Below, piece by piece: positions 36,646 to 49,593 of a stretch of 64,000 nt of DNA. The notes beneath the pieces are model-generated. The model was not told the DNA's origin. It ran no database searches and was given only the letters and a program-made list of their open reading frames with translations. The stretch's first letter is position 1; each line of letters begins with the position of its first letter. Made by a program: the position numbers and the translations under genes. The DNA comes from Azolla caroliniana (Eukaryota > Plantae > Polypodiophyta), in the NCBI GenBank assembly GCA_043228905.1, contig JBHGNT010000001.1:19282001-19346000 (forward strand). The letters run 5' to 3'.

Positions 36646-37763
36646 GTAAGAAAATGATCACTTTGTCTGGTGTGAGGATAGCTTGATCTCTCGCGGACAA
36701 CCTCCCGAATCGACTTTCGAATGCCGAAAACACATTGAAGACCTTCAGCCCCTTGTCCGGCATTTCCACCCAATCTTCGAATCCCCTCTGCATTGCCTTG
36801 GAAGAGTCCTCGATAGTGAACGTGACCTTCAACGCTTCTTCAAATGCTTCCCACATCGGATTTTGTTGTCCTATACCGTGGATACTCCCTTGAAGCCCGT
36901 CCGTAGCCACCCGATTGAAGGATGTAACTTGCAATCTTCCGATATGCCGCATTGTAGCATTTCCGCCTTGTAGTCCCGCAAATAACGTGACACATCCTTC
37001 CCATTGAATTGCCCGTTCCGTTGCATGAGCCACTCTACTGCCACCGCAATCTCCGACATTGCGCGTTGTTCTTGTAGCATCCGCTCGAACATTGTCATCA
37101 TATTGTTAGCCTCTTGTTGTTTTTCCATCTCCTTACCACCCGTTTTCACATTGGGTTCACCAAATGTGTCGTGCCTTTCGGCGCCGAATCATTGCATGAG
37201 TTGGTGGGAACCGCTGGGGTTTTGGAATAGGATGAGAAAGAATTTGAGATGTTATCAATATGAATAGATTATAGGAAAGAAAGATATGAAACTCTTGAAT
37301 CCCATGAATATAATATATTAATCAACCCTTATATAAAAAAATCAACACCCCCCCCCCCCCCCCCCCCCCACAATGTATATCTTTCTCTCTTCCTTATATA
37401 GTGATGGAAGAGTCTAAGTTTACCACATCCAAGCATCATGCCTTTTCTAACTTTAGTTTTCATGCACACTACATGTGCAGGATTAGCTTTCTATCACATC
37501 TTTTCATTTAACTCGAGTGTGTATGCATGAATAACTTTTTCTATCATGCTTATCTAGAATATTTACATGGGATAAAGTAATATTAAAACTCATAATATGC
37601 TAGTACAATGGTAAGTCTTAAAATTGCTAACATGGAGGTATAGGGTTCAAATCCGCCCTATGCATGTAACATAATTATTGTAGTATTTTCTCTTATTTCT
37701 TTATACTTCGTCAATTGGGTACTCCACACACATTTTATGTATTGTACAAAGTACACTACGACA
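36646..37763 (-). mobile_element. Element D remnant (relative of C): 5' LTR 37167-37763, tRNA-Trp PBS 37147-37162, gag start; truncated where A begins
   Basis: TGTCGT...ACGACA LTR ends. Gag GQFNGKDVSRYL resembles C gag. tRNA-like module at 37601-37654. Confidence 0.8.
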
Positions 37764-38043
37764 ACACTAGGTTCCAATCTAGAAGCACATGTATGAACTC
37801 TTGTTTACTCAATCGATGACATTATCAAAAGCGTAGGTGGTAGCGGCGCCGGACAACGACTACACACAACAGCGATGGCGGCCAAGAACTGACGACAACG
37901 GTGAAGATGACGGTGGCAAACGTCAGACGACGGCGATGACAATGTCGACAGACGACAAACAGGGATGACGACCGTCTGTAGAGGACAACGGCGGCGGCGA
38001 CAACAGTAGACGACGATGGCAACGACAGAAAGAGCCATCCATT

Positions 38044-38112
<69 letters not shown>

Positions 38113-38184
38113 GAGATACAAGAAGTTGTGTGAGTTGTAACCGCTGGTTGGTGAAGATATAGAGCTCGAGATCATTGCCCCTGA

Positions 38185-38987
38185 GTCACACATAGAAAGG
38201 TAAGTTCATGCATATTTTCTAGTATAAAACTTTAGTAAAAGAAAACGCTTTATAGAAAAAAGCTACACATGCACATCTAGTGTGCATGAACACTATAGTT
38301 GATAAAGAAAACGCATGAGGTTAGGAAAACCATGTTAGTGTTGAAAAAATAGATGTCACACATAGAAAGGTAAGTTCACGCATATTTTCTAGGATAAAAC
38401 TTTAGTAAAAGAAAATGCTTTATAGAAAAAAGTTACACATGCACATCTAGTGTGCATGAACACTATAGTTGATAAAGAAAACGCATAAGGTTAGGAAAAC
38501 CATGTTAGAGAAAGCATATAGTCTATAGTTAGAGAAAAAGCATGGATTGTGAAGACTGTCTCATCACTATATAAGGATGGTAGCACAATATAATGAGAGG
38601 AGAGAAAATTATGGATGAAAAATAATTAGGGTTAAAAAATAATGATTAATAAAATAAACTATGCTTCTGAGATTCACAAGTTTTCTATATCTCTATCTTC
38701 CAGTCTATTCTAATTTATTATTAAGGTTTTCAATATTAATAAAATAAATAAACTATACCCGTGGGATTCACGAGGTTTCTATATCCTTCTCTTTCAAACT
38801 AAATTCATATTCTTATCTAAATATTGGTTAATAAAATACATTATACGTGTGGGATTCACAAGTTTCCTATCTCTCTTTCCTATAATCTATTCATAACTAG
38901 ACTCATCTCAAATTCTTCCTCCTAGTCCAAAACCCCAACGGTACCCACCCGACTCACACAAACGATCCTGCACCAAAAGGCATGACA
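38185..38987 (+). repeat. 5'-truncated LTR of the D family in opposite orientation, with a 170-bp tandem duplication
   Basis: 38930-38987 is the reverse complement of the start of 37167-37220; GTCACACATAGAAAGG occurs at 38185 and 38355. Confidence 0.7.
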
Positions 38988-38989
38988 AC

Positions 38990-40650
38990 AAGCCACCTAA
39001 AAACAGTTCGAAAAGAATGGTCATAACTCCTTAGTTTGAATTGAGTTGATGTTGTTCTGCTCTAACTTTGTCTCTCTCTCGTGTAAAGTTTCCATTAAAC
39101 TTGTGTCTATATTCTGTTGCCATCCGGCTAAGCCGATTTTTCCTTAGGTTTCGCATATTTACTTTTTCATGGTATCAGAGTGTGAGGGTTAAGAACCTCT
39201 CCAGCCAACAAGTGCTTTTCAAAGACAAACCCTAATATCCGGTAGAGAACAGAAATCAAGAAGGTTAAAATGGACCTAGGAATGGCTAGCTCGCTTCTGG
39301 CGGAGAAGCTCGATAGATCCAACTATGCATCTTGGTCGTACAAGATGTACTAGTACCTGCTCGAGCACGGTTATTGGAGTTATGTCGACGGAGCTAATGA
39401 CACAGCATCTGATGCAGCACGGAGGGTCTTCCCGGCTTGGGAACAAGCGGCAAGCAGGGAAATGTACTGCTTCACATCCAGTGTTGGTGATCAGCTGCTT
39501 AGCCATATACAGGATGCAAAGATGTCAAAGGAAGCATGGGTAAACCTGAAGAAGGTCTTCGCCACGAGCACCAGGCCCGGAAGCTACAACTCCACAAGAG
39601 TTAAGCAATGTCCGACAAAAGGATATGTCGGTGGACGACTACACGACCCGAATAAAAGACATATGCATATTAACATGACCATTGAAGAAGATGAGATGGT
39701 GCACGTCTGTGTCAGGGGCCTGGTGTCAAAGTTCGGTGCATTCCGGAAAACAATCTGTACAAGGGAGAATACTCCCTCGTTTTTCGACTTACAGTCAATG
39801 CTCCTTGTAGAGGAGAACCACGTGGGTGCGTGGACGAGCACACACACCAATCACGAGATGCTAAACATGGAGACGGATCGGCCCCGTAGTCGTGGCGGAC
39901 GAGGTGGATCGACACGTGGTGGAAGCAGATGACAAGAGCTAAACCGAAGGCACAAGGATGGTGCCAACAATAGTTCTGGACCCTCCGGAAGCAGGGGGAG
40001 TCAAAGCGGCGCTAGAAACTGACAAGGGAAGACCGCAACGGAATGTTGGTACTATGGCCGTAAGGACCACAAGGAGAGCAAGTGTTGGAAAAAGTGTGTT
40101 GATTTGGACAAGTCTGGATCCGGGAAAGCCTGACGAGAAAGTCAGCAAAGCTCGCACTATGCGGAAGGACCGGAAGGATCCGGTTCCGAAGATGGATCGG
40201 GCCCAACCTTCGTGATGAAACACAAGCCTAATTCAGTGAAGACAAGCACCTCGAAACTGAATGAGGTATGGTATGTTGATTCTAGAGTGGTTTGCTTATC
40301 TAGAAAAACCGGAACAATCAGGGGTGGTCGAAACTGGAGACAACACCTCGCATACCATCGAGCACATCGGTGAGGTTCCTCTCAGCCATGTCGGGCAGAA
40401 GCGAAAGCTAATGAACGTCCTACACGTTCCGACAATCACGAAGAATCTCATGCCAGTCGGACAAATTGTCGATCAAGGGATGCAGGTTCGGTTCACGGAC
40501 CTCCGATGCTTCATCGAAGAATAGGCAAAGTCATTGTGCAAGGGTGCCGAGATAGGAGAATGTTTATCCTCGAAACAAATGATGTCGGCACCGTTATGTT
40601 CGCGAAAGGGCAAACGGTCGAGTCGAACATCGACCTGTGGCATAAGCGGA
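38990..40650 (+). mobile_element. Decayed Ty1/Copia 5' remnant (LTR end, iMet PBS at about 39170, gag, knuckle, PR, GAG-pre-integrase)
   Basis: TGGTATCAGAG PBS; KLDRSNYASWSYKM, VLHVPTITKNL, DLWHKR; multiple frameshifts. Confidence 0.8.
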
Positions 40651-40690
40651 TCCCTAAACTTAATACGGTCGTTACATATGGTACGGATAT

Positions 40691-43600
40691 TGATGATGAG
40701 AGAAAGAAAAAAGATAGAGAAGAAAAGAGGAAGAGAAAAGAATACTTCAATATACTATTAGGAAAACAATACAATCCTCTTGGACTCCAAAAGTAACACC
40801 CCAAATAACTACTTCAATATACTATTAGCTAAAATCGTCTTTCCTTCTTCTCTCTTTCTTCAACTAATCTTCTTCTCACTTCTTCTAGTCTTCTTATTAT
40901 TGCTCACTTCTTGTAGATATTGTATTCCCCCTTTTGTCTCTCCCAATTGCTAAGATCAATATACTATTAGCTAAAATAGTCTTTCCTTCTTCTCTCTTTC
41001 TTCAACTAATCTTCTTCTCACTTCTTCTAATCTTCTTATTATTGCTTACTTCTTGTAGATATTGTATTCCCCCTTTTGTCTCTCCCAATTGCTAAGAATA
41101 CCCTCATATTTATAGGTTTTTAGTTGCGTTATTATTGCATTTTTCTTTCCTTTTCTTTCTACATATCCTCGAGTTTGTGTGATGCATTTTTCATATCATT
41201 ATTTCTAGTTTTTCATCCACATTTTTCATACAAGAAAGCTATCTTTGTCAACTTTCTTTGAAATATTTTCTTTTGAAATTTGGATATGAGATGAAGAAGT
41301 TCTGAACATTTTTCTTTGCCTTTTTTATGCTGTTTTTTTCTTTTTTCCTGCTTTTCCTAATTTTGGAAATTGCCTCTAACTTCATATCCCTTCAGTTTCC
41401 TTCGTCTTTTAACTCTTGAACCTTTCATATTGTGCTTTATTCATATACACCTTAGCATCCGCTGTATTTGCCATGCTCTTTTCTTACGAGCAAAAGTTGA
41501 CTTCACATTTAGCCCCCCTCCTTGCTTGTTGAGCAAACCATTTATGGTGAGCCTAAAAAAAAGAAAATGAAAAAACTCCTTCGCCTTCTGGTAGGCTATA
41601 GACAAAGGAGTATAAATACTAAAATTGTAACAAATTATTGTATGAGAAAAAAACCCCATTAAGCGGTGGAAAAAAGAACTCACAGTCCTAGACACACCCA
41701 CACCCACACATTGACAATCTCCATCACCATCTTCCTCCTTGTCAACACGGAGAAAGAGGTTACCACAATTATTATGTTTTCGTCAACTCTCCAAAAACAA
41801 GTAGGGCCATGCGATACATAACTCTTGATTGAAGTAAGCATGTCAACATATGAATAAACCTTTCAAGTGAACGAACTTTTTGTACAAATACCTTCAAAGT
41901 TTTGAGACTTGTTGGAGTTGTCACCTTTTGAATTACTTTGATCTTTGCTTCATCAACATGACTTCCTTCTTGGTACACCACATTCTCCACATTACCTTGT
42001 CTTGTGCGTACAACTATTTCATCTAGAATTACATCTCAAAAAGGAAGTGAAAAATGATCTCGTGTGGTGGAATCATTCAAGAGTTTGAAGTCGATGTCAT
42101 TGTTCTTTGGAACCACAAGAATAGGTGACAAAAAATTCAAATCCTCCACATGATAAGTGAAACTCACTTGAAACAATGTTTTGAACTCCTTTATAAGTTT
42201 TTCCTTTTTCACAACCCCCAATCGTCGAAGCTTTTGGGCAATTGGTACACTTTCCTTCAACTTGATGTGGTCCTTGATGCCTTCTCTTATCTGTGAATAG
42301 TCATTTATGAATAACTTTGGAAACTTAGAAAAAAGAGAAATAAAACTTAGATCCTCTTTTCCTTGGACTTTGTTCAAAATCATCATCTTTTTTCCCTTTA
42401 AGGTTATAATACCTTCTTCAATTACTTCGCCTTCATCCTTAGACACCGTGTGGAACCATTTCTTTTCCCTATCCCATGAAGTTCTATCACTTGGTATGCT
42501 TTCCTCTTCTTGCTTGCCATTGTCGATAGATGTTTCCTTCTCCTTCATACATTTGATTACTTGTTGTAGATACAAGTCATAGAAGATGTTAAACCCCTTC
42601 GACGTTGATGATATCATCATACTCCAATCATGTATTACGTGTAATTCTTGCATCCAAGGTCTTACTAATATTAAGGAACAAGATGGCCCTTTAAGAAGTA
42701 TCACATGCAAATCCATTGAAATGGATATGCCAAAACACTCAATAACAACATCCTCTATAACTCCAAAATGAGAGGCCAAACATCCGTCAACTATGTCTAC
42801 CTTGGTAGAGGACTTTTGATAGATAGGATTTCCAATCTTACTCACTAGGACATTAGATGTAGGAGCAATTCTAATACCACTATCTACTAAAGCATTCTTA
42901 GTTAAAAGACCTTTAATGGTTACCAAAATAGTGGGTCGAATATCCTTTTGAACTTTCAGTTGCACAATCTTCGTACAATGTAATGTCTTTATACTTTGTT
43001 GTATACTCGATACACGTCCCCACTCCTTTTCTGGTGATGGAGAAAGTTGAAGAAGTTGTGGCCAAGTTAAACGAGGTCCACTAGAGATTAGCTCTTGGTT
43101 GAGATCGAATGGTTCCACACCTTCCCCCATAAGCATATCATCAATTTTAATCTTTCTTCGTGGATGTTTCTTTCTAAGTTCATCCTCCAAGTTAGTCTCC
43201 TTAGGATTCTTCTTTTGTTGAGAGTTAATAGACTCTCCTTCCAACTCTTTATTTTTATGTGATGCAGTAGATGTCTTAATGTGTGCAACATCACAATCTT
43301 GAGCTATATCATACACAAAGTCAATAAGATTTACCTTAGGAGGAATTGTTGGAATTTGCACTAAAGTATTTTCCCCTCCTACCACATGGTTGTTGAGTTG
43401 GTGAAAGTTGTTACTAGTGTTGTTTTGATTACTCTGAAATTGATTCATGCCTTGACCCCCAATCACCTTGTCTTCGTGAAGGACATCGTGTAGATATATG
43501 TCCCTCAACACCACATGTGTAGCACACGATCACTCTCCTTCGCTTTGGAGCATCTCGAGTTTGACTAAAATTTTCTTGCATGCTTTGGATTTGTCGAGTA

Positions 43601-45050
43601 ATTTCATCAAGACATTGATTAACTTGCTCCGAAAGACTTCCTTCCACCTTAGTTTGAGTTGTTTCTTGCATCACCAGAATATTAGGTTGATATGTCGTAA
43701 AAACATTAGGGAATCCATGCATAATTGATGATTGTTGAAGAATAGGAGATTTAAATGTTACAATTGTTGAATCCACTCTCGCTTGTAGAACTTGGATTTG
43801 TCTATTGTAAGCTTGACAAGTTTGGACAAGCGCTTGGAAAGTTGTAGGATCCTTTAGATTTGCTTCCAACACAAAGTGTGGACTTAATCTTGCTTTGAAA
43901 TGGTCCATCTAAAACCATTCATCCTCCATTCCACCATGTAGTCCAATCCACGTAGTCCAAGGGTCAATAAATTCCCTCTCATAATCGATATACTCAATTT
44001 GATGACATTCGTAAACGAAAGAGTTCCTCTCACACTTCCATTGCATTTCGACATTGAATATACGGAGCTTTAAATTGTTTTACCAATAGTTGTAATTCAA
44101 TTGTTGGTCTAGTAGCAAGGACTGATATCAATCCCTTGCTTGTCCATAAAAAGTAGCCACCAATAGAGGAAGCTTCTCAAAATCCTTCATCTTCCCTATT
44201 GATATTGCATGATGTTCGAAGGCGGCCAAGAATGCTCCCGCATCTTGAACCCCATCACCTGCAAAAGCAAATTGAAAAGCCATATTTTCTACAAAGAAAA
44301 CATGCCTTGTCTCTGATATGGAAAGAATCGATCCTCCTTGGAGCGCTAAAATGATGATGAGAGAAAGAAAAAAGATAGAGAAGAGAAGAGGAGATGAGAG
44401 AATACTTCAATATACTATTAGCCAAAATAGTCTTTCCTTCTTCTCTCTATCTTCAACTAATCTTCTTCTCACTTCTTCTTGTAGATATTGTATTCCCCCT
44501 TTTGTCTCTCCCAATTGCTAGGAATACCCTCATATTTATAGGTTTTTAGTTGCTTTTTTCTTGCTTTTTTCTTTTCTTTTCTTTCTACATATGCTCGAGT
44601 TTGTGAGGTGCGTTTTTCATATCATTATTTATAGTTTTTCATACAAGAAAGCTCTCTTTGTCAACTTTCTTACAAATCTTTTCTTTTGAAATTTGGATAT
44701 GAGATGAAGAAGTTATGAGCTTTTTTCTTTGCCTTTTTTATGCGTTTTTTTCTTTTTTCTTTCTTCCTGCTTTTTCTACTTTTGGAAAATGCCTCTAAAT
44801 TTTATCCCTTCAGTTTCCTTCGTCTTTTAACTCTTGATATGAGCTTTTTTCTCTACCTTTTTTATGCGTTTTTTTTCTTTTTTCTTTCTTCCTGCTTTTT
44901 CTACTTTTGGAAAATGCCTCTAAATTTTATCCCTTCAGTTTCCTTCGTCTTTTAACTCTTGAACCTTTCATATTGTGGGTTATTCTTATACACCTTAGCA
45001 TCCGATGTATTTGCCATGCTCTTTTCTTACGAGCAAAAATTGACTTCACA
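40691..45050 (-). mobile_element. Element H: old, internally deleted Gypsy-type LTR element (gag, PR, partial RT; no integrase)
   Basis: Related LTRs at 40691-41507 and 44352-45050; TSD GATAT/GATAC; PPT at 41508-41525; CYTCGVEGHISTRC knuckle, ALVDSG, SPILVVPK and RDHFSLPF motifs. Confidence 0.82.
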
Positions 45051-45711
45051 GATACCATACGTATATAACGTATTAATACATGTATAGTACCTCCCAATTT
45101 AAAGGTACGTTAAATACGTTTTTTAGTATGTTAAATACTTATAAAATACGTAAAATACGTATAGTACGTAAAATACTTCTAGAATTTGAAAATTATTTAC
45201 CTTTCTAAAAATATTTGTAATATTGTAAAAATCATCTATGTTTACTCAATTTTGTGATGTACATTATAGTTCTACATCCTAAAATGCATATAAGACATTT
45301 GAACATTTCACATCCTAAAATACTTCTAATATGGATGTCGACATTCACTTCTTCTACAAATCAGTGTAAGTGTGTATCATGATGTTCTATTTCAAATTGC
45401 AATTATTTACGATTATGCCTTCATAGATCGAGGAATCGTCTACGATTATCACACTCAGGATCGGTTTCTATCTTCTTTTCTCTCTTCTTCATCATCTACT
45501 TCTATCTTCTATGATTATCACAGTCAGGGTCACGATAGGTTTTTGTCTTCTTTTCTCTCTTTTTCTTCTTTTTCTTCTTCCTCTTCTTCTTCTTCTTCGT
45601 CCTCATCTCTTCTGTTCTTCTGTTCTTCCTTCTTTTTGCTTCTTTTTCACTAAAATATTTTTTTTCTTTTGCTCTTTGTTGGGGTTTTACTTACAGTTTT
45701 TTATAAATAAG

Positions 45712-45983
45712 TACTTGAAGAGAATAGCGCGGAATACTACTCCGAGTAATGAAACACTTCATTTAAGGATTAAACACAGAAATGGGAATAGAGATGAATA
45801 CTCGAACACACACGAACAATAGAGACTACACAGGATGTTTACATGGAAAACCCTAGTAGGGAAAAACCACGGGAGCCCACAGGCTCCGAACCATCAATAT
45901 ATTATGAGAGAGGTACAATCAGAGACTCGGAGGCAATGACCTCGAGCTCTATTTCTTTGCCAAGCGGCGGTTACGGCAGAAAC

Positions 45984-46024
<41 letters not shown>

Positions 46025-47010
46025 CAGTTACGCACATACAACAATACGGCTACAACACACAACAACCACATAAAGTGATTGCCCTAAGTCATATTTATAC
46101 TTATATGAACTTAAGGATATTTAGAAATATAGCCTCAATAGGTTTATTGAAAAAAACATATTTACATATATTTCTCTCTTCTGATTCTCACTGGGTCTCT
46201 TCCGGTTTCCCGATCTCTTCTGATTTTCACTGGGTCCTCTTCATTCATCATCGGATCCCATCCGGAGGAACCGATTTCCCAACAATCTCCCCCTTCACTC
46301 CGGCATGGGATGTCTCGTCAGCCCGATCCACTTTCGGCACGCGTTCAGCTTGTCGGTTGTCAACGCCTTAGTCAACATGTCCGACCTGTTCTCCTCCGTG
46401 TGAATTTTCGTCACCACGAACTCTTGATCTTCTACTCCCTCCCGGATCCAGTGCTACCTCTGTTCGATATGTTTCGTTCGGGAATGGTAGGCCACGTTCT
46501 TTGCAAGATGGATGACACTTTGACTGTCGCAGTAGAGCCGGTATTCCTCATGTTGGATCCCTAGCTATCCGATGAAGTCCTTCATCCAAGTTATCTCCTT
46601 GCCGGCTTCCACAACTGCCATGTACTCCGCCTTCGTGGTTGACAACACAACCATCTTTTGCAGCCTCGACTACCATGAAACAACTTCCCCTACATAAGTC
46701 ATGACATATCTGGATGTAGATTGGCTGGTATCCGCATCAGCCAACATGTCGAAATCCGTGAATCCGTCAAGTTGGGGATTACCGGAGCCAAACCGGAGGC
46801 ACATACTTGAGGTTCCTTTCAAATATTGGAGTATCCACTTGACCGCGTTCCAATGCTCTCTTCCGGGATTGCTCATGAACCGGCTCACCACTCCGACTGC
46901 ATATCCGATATTCGGTCGGGTACATAGTATCACATACATCAAGCTTCTGATGGCAGAGGCATATGGTATCTTCGTCATATCCGTCTTCTCCGCCTTTGTC
47001 CTCGGACTTT
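45712..47010 (-). mobile_element. Copia (E-related) 3' remnant: RT end/RNase H, PPT, 3' LTR (about 45712-46284)
   Basis: IPYASAIRSLMY...EHWNAVKWIL; PPT adjacent to the LTR start TGTTGGGAAATCGG (minus), which resembles E's TGTTGGGATTTCGG. Confidence 0.85.
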
Positions 47011-47690
47011 GTAAGTTTTTGACATCACTACGAAGGCCTGAACGGAATTGCTCCATTAGGGCTTGTTCATCCCAAGGAATATCTCTTGCGATGAGACAGA
47101 AATTGGCAGCATATGTCGAAGCTGGTTGATCACCTTGACGAAGTGTACGAATCTTGTTGATAGTTGTTCTCACCCCATCAATATCTCTGAAACAAGCCTT
47201 AAATTCCTTGATAAATTCCTCGAAATGATTCAATAGAGGAGAATTGGTCTCTAGCAATGGAGCAAACCACGACAACGCTATGCCAGTCAATAAGGTGCCC
47301 ACTAGCCCGACTCGTGATGCATCTGTTGGATAACGTGCGGGATGCATTTGAATCACCAACCGTACTTGATTCAAGAAACCTCGTAAATGCACCCTCGACC
47401 CATCAAATTTAGTTGGGAGGCTAATTTTGGGCTCCTTGATAAGTCCTTGACCTTCAACCCTTTGTTGTTGTAACACTACGATTGTCGACTCTAATTATTG
47501 CACTCGTCGCGTGAACTCCTCTTGTTGTTGTTGCTTCTCTATAGTAACCTTTTGTAGATCCCCAAGTAGACGTTGATTCTCTACTTCAAGAGATGCGAAC
47601 TTGGATTTAAGGTTCTCCATTTCTGCAACAAGGGTGAGATATTCTTCAGAGTTAATGGCAACCATGGTTTCAGGATGGTTACAAAGGAGG

Positions 47691-47730
<40 letters not shown>

Positions 47731-48183
47731 GAATCAAACTGTCAGAACCAAGGATAAAAGATAGAGTGATGGAAGAAGGATATTAGAGAACACGAGAAGA
47801 AAGGAACGAAATACTAAGAGAAGAATGGATGTATAAGATAGAGAAAGAAAGAGAATGGATACAAGATATGTAATGAGAGCTAAAGACTGGTGTTGATTCG
47901 AATTGATTTGAGAATACATGTATGCCCTTATTTATAGGCTCCTATAGAATAGCTTAGAGATTTCTAGAATGTTCTAGAATGTTCTAGACCTAGAATGCTC
48001 TAGGACATTCTAGAACATTTTAGAATAATCTAGAGGTTTTACAATAATCAATGTAATACAAGAAGTAGCTTTTATTGTTTCATATAACAATAAGCTATCT
48101 TAATGGTTGAGGTTTTCAAGTATGGATTACAAGGTTCGAGGTTCAAGTCCGGGTGACGCCATAATGGTCATGTGTTCATGACA
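47011..48183 (-). mobile_element. Element B' (B-related chromovirus) 5' remnant: LTR 47740-48183, self-priming PBS 47726-47737, gag
   Basis: Gag EPKISLPTKFDGSR...YPTDASRVGLVGTLL closely resembles B gag; TGTCA...TGACA LTR ends; HSE array at 47962-48030; tRNA-like module at 48096-48161. Confidence 0.88.
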
Positions 48184-49413
48184 ATCGGCCACACAACCGA
48201 AATCTGAACAACCAGACCCCAGGACCACCACACCAATGCAATCACAAACACAACAAAAATCGACACTTGTCGTAATTGAACAGCCGACACAACGGCTGCG
48301 AAGGATGAAACAAAGGTCCCAACGATTTCCTCAGACTCAGCAAGAGGAGCCTGCGCAAAAGAAACAAGGAACCGACGACCAAGCCACACAGAGCACACAA
48401 ATACCCCGGGTCAATCCTAATGACACAACCAAAGTTCAAAAAGGGCAGTCATCAATAACAACGGTGCGAGAAGTAGTAGGCTTTGCCGACATTCCTCTAG
48501 TGGCACATGAACTGGTAGCTATTCGACAATTCGAAACATCGTATGAGCTAGTAGAATGGTTAGCACAAAGATTACATGAGGTGTCGGAAAGAATGGCATA
48601 GGAGCACCAAGATCAGATAATGATCCAAAGGTCATTGAGTGGAGCTGTCAACCCGGAAGAGCAACACAAATTGGATCAAATCGGCCGACAGCGTAGTGCG
48701 CGAAACAAGGGCGAGGCTATCCGGATGCCACTGTTACATGACGCTCTGGTAGAAGTACATAGAGAATATGAAAAGGCCAGCCGAGCAGCCAAAGATATGG
48801 CTGATTTATACAAAAAATCATCAGTGGCGTCGGAAGTGCTAAACGCACAATGTACAAACATGAAAGCCGAAAACCAGCAGTTGACGGAACAACTCCAACA
48901 AGTAGAAGAGCAACTGTAGAAAACAAGGGAGGAATGTCCCACCAGGCGTGCCAAAATTATACTGTGTTGTTCGGTCGACAATGAATATTGTCGACATAGT
49001 ATAAGTCGAACGTTGCTCACCGAATGTTTTACCAATGAATTGTGGTTAAACAAATAGATCCTAAAGTGGCTGTAAACTTATCGATGTTAAACAAACATCG
49101 AGATCATTATTTATGTAATAATGTTCTGACAGAGCGTTTAGAACACAGAGATTTCCTAAACTAACTTTATATTACTAAATAAAAACGATATATCTTTACA
49201 CTGCCTTCGGTTCCATTTATAGGCAACCGGAAGGACTTTCTCATCAAGAAAACATATTGCCAAAAATGGCAAGAACAACAAAATCTCTGACTAACTATAA
49301 TTTCGGTTTTAATTTAATTCAGCAAAATGCTGACTCATTGATCCTCTATACTGATCCAACTCCGAACCTTCTAGATTTCCGACTCCGACACTTCCCCACT
49401 TGTTCGGGTAACA
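48184..49413. mobile_element. LTR-element remnant: coiled-coil ORF fragment (+), tRNA-Arg PBS-like site 48936-48953, probable LTR about 48965-49413
   Basis: ORFs 48236..48601 and 48620..48919 are in frame; GTCCCACCAGGCGTGCCA; TGTT...AACA ends; CTATAAAT on minus at 49215-49222. Confidence 0.55.
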
Positions 49414-49535
49414 AACAATAAGAACATGACATAGTAGTCCAAATCAAGAACAACGCACTTCTTGGACATGTCATTTCCAAGCCTCAACAAGTGCAGGATT
49501 CATACCTCAGCTCTTGGATGAACACTGGAGAAAAC

Positions 49536-49593
49536 AAGAAGAAGAAGAAGAAGAAGAAGAAGAAGAAGAAGAAGAACAACAACAACAACAACA
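49536..49593. repeat. (AAG)n-(AAC)n microsatellite followed by a ~170-bp degenerate duplication (about 49625-49920)
   Basis: Direct reading. Confidence 0.85.

Noticed and set aside
37347-37369. Poly-C run as a G-quadruplex or regulatory feature
   Set aside because: Absent from the sister LTR at 62199-62909; likely a homopolymer expansion or sequencing artefact.
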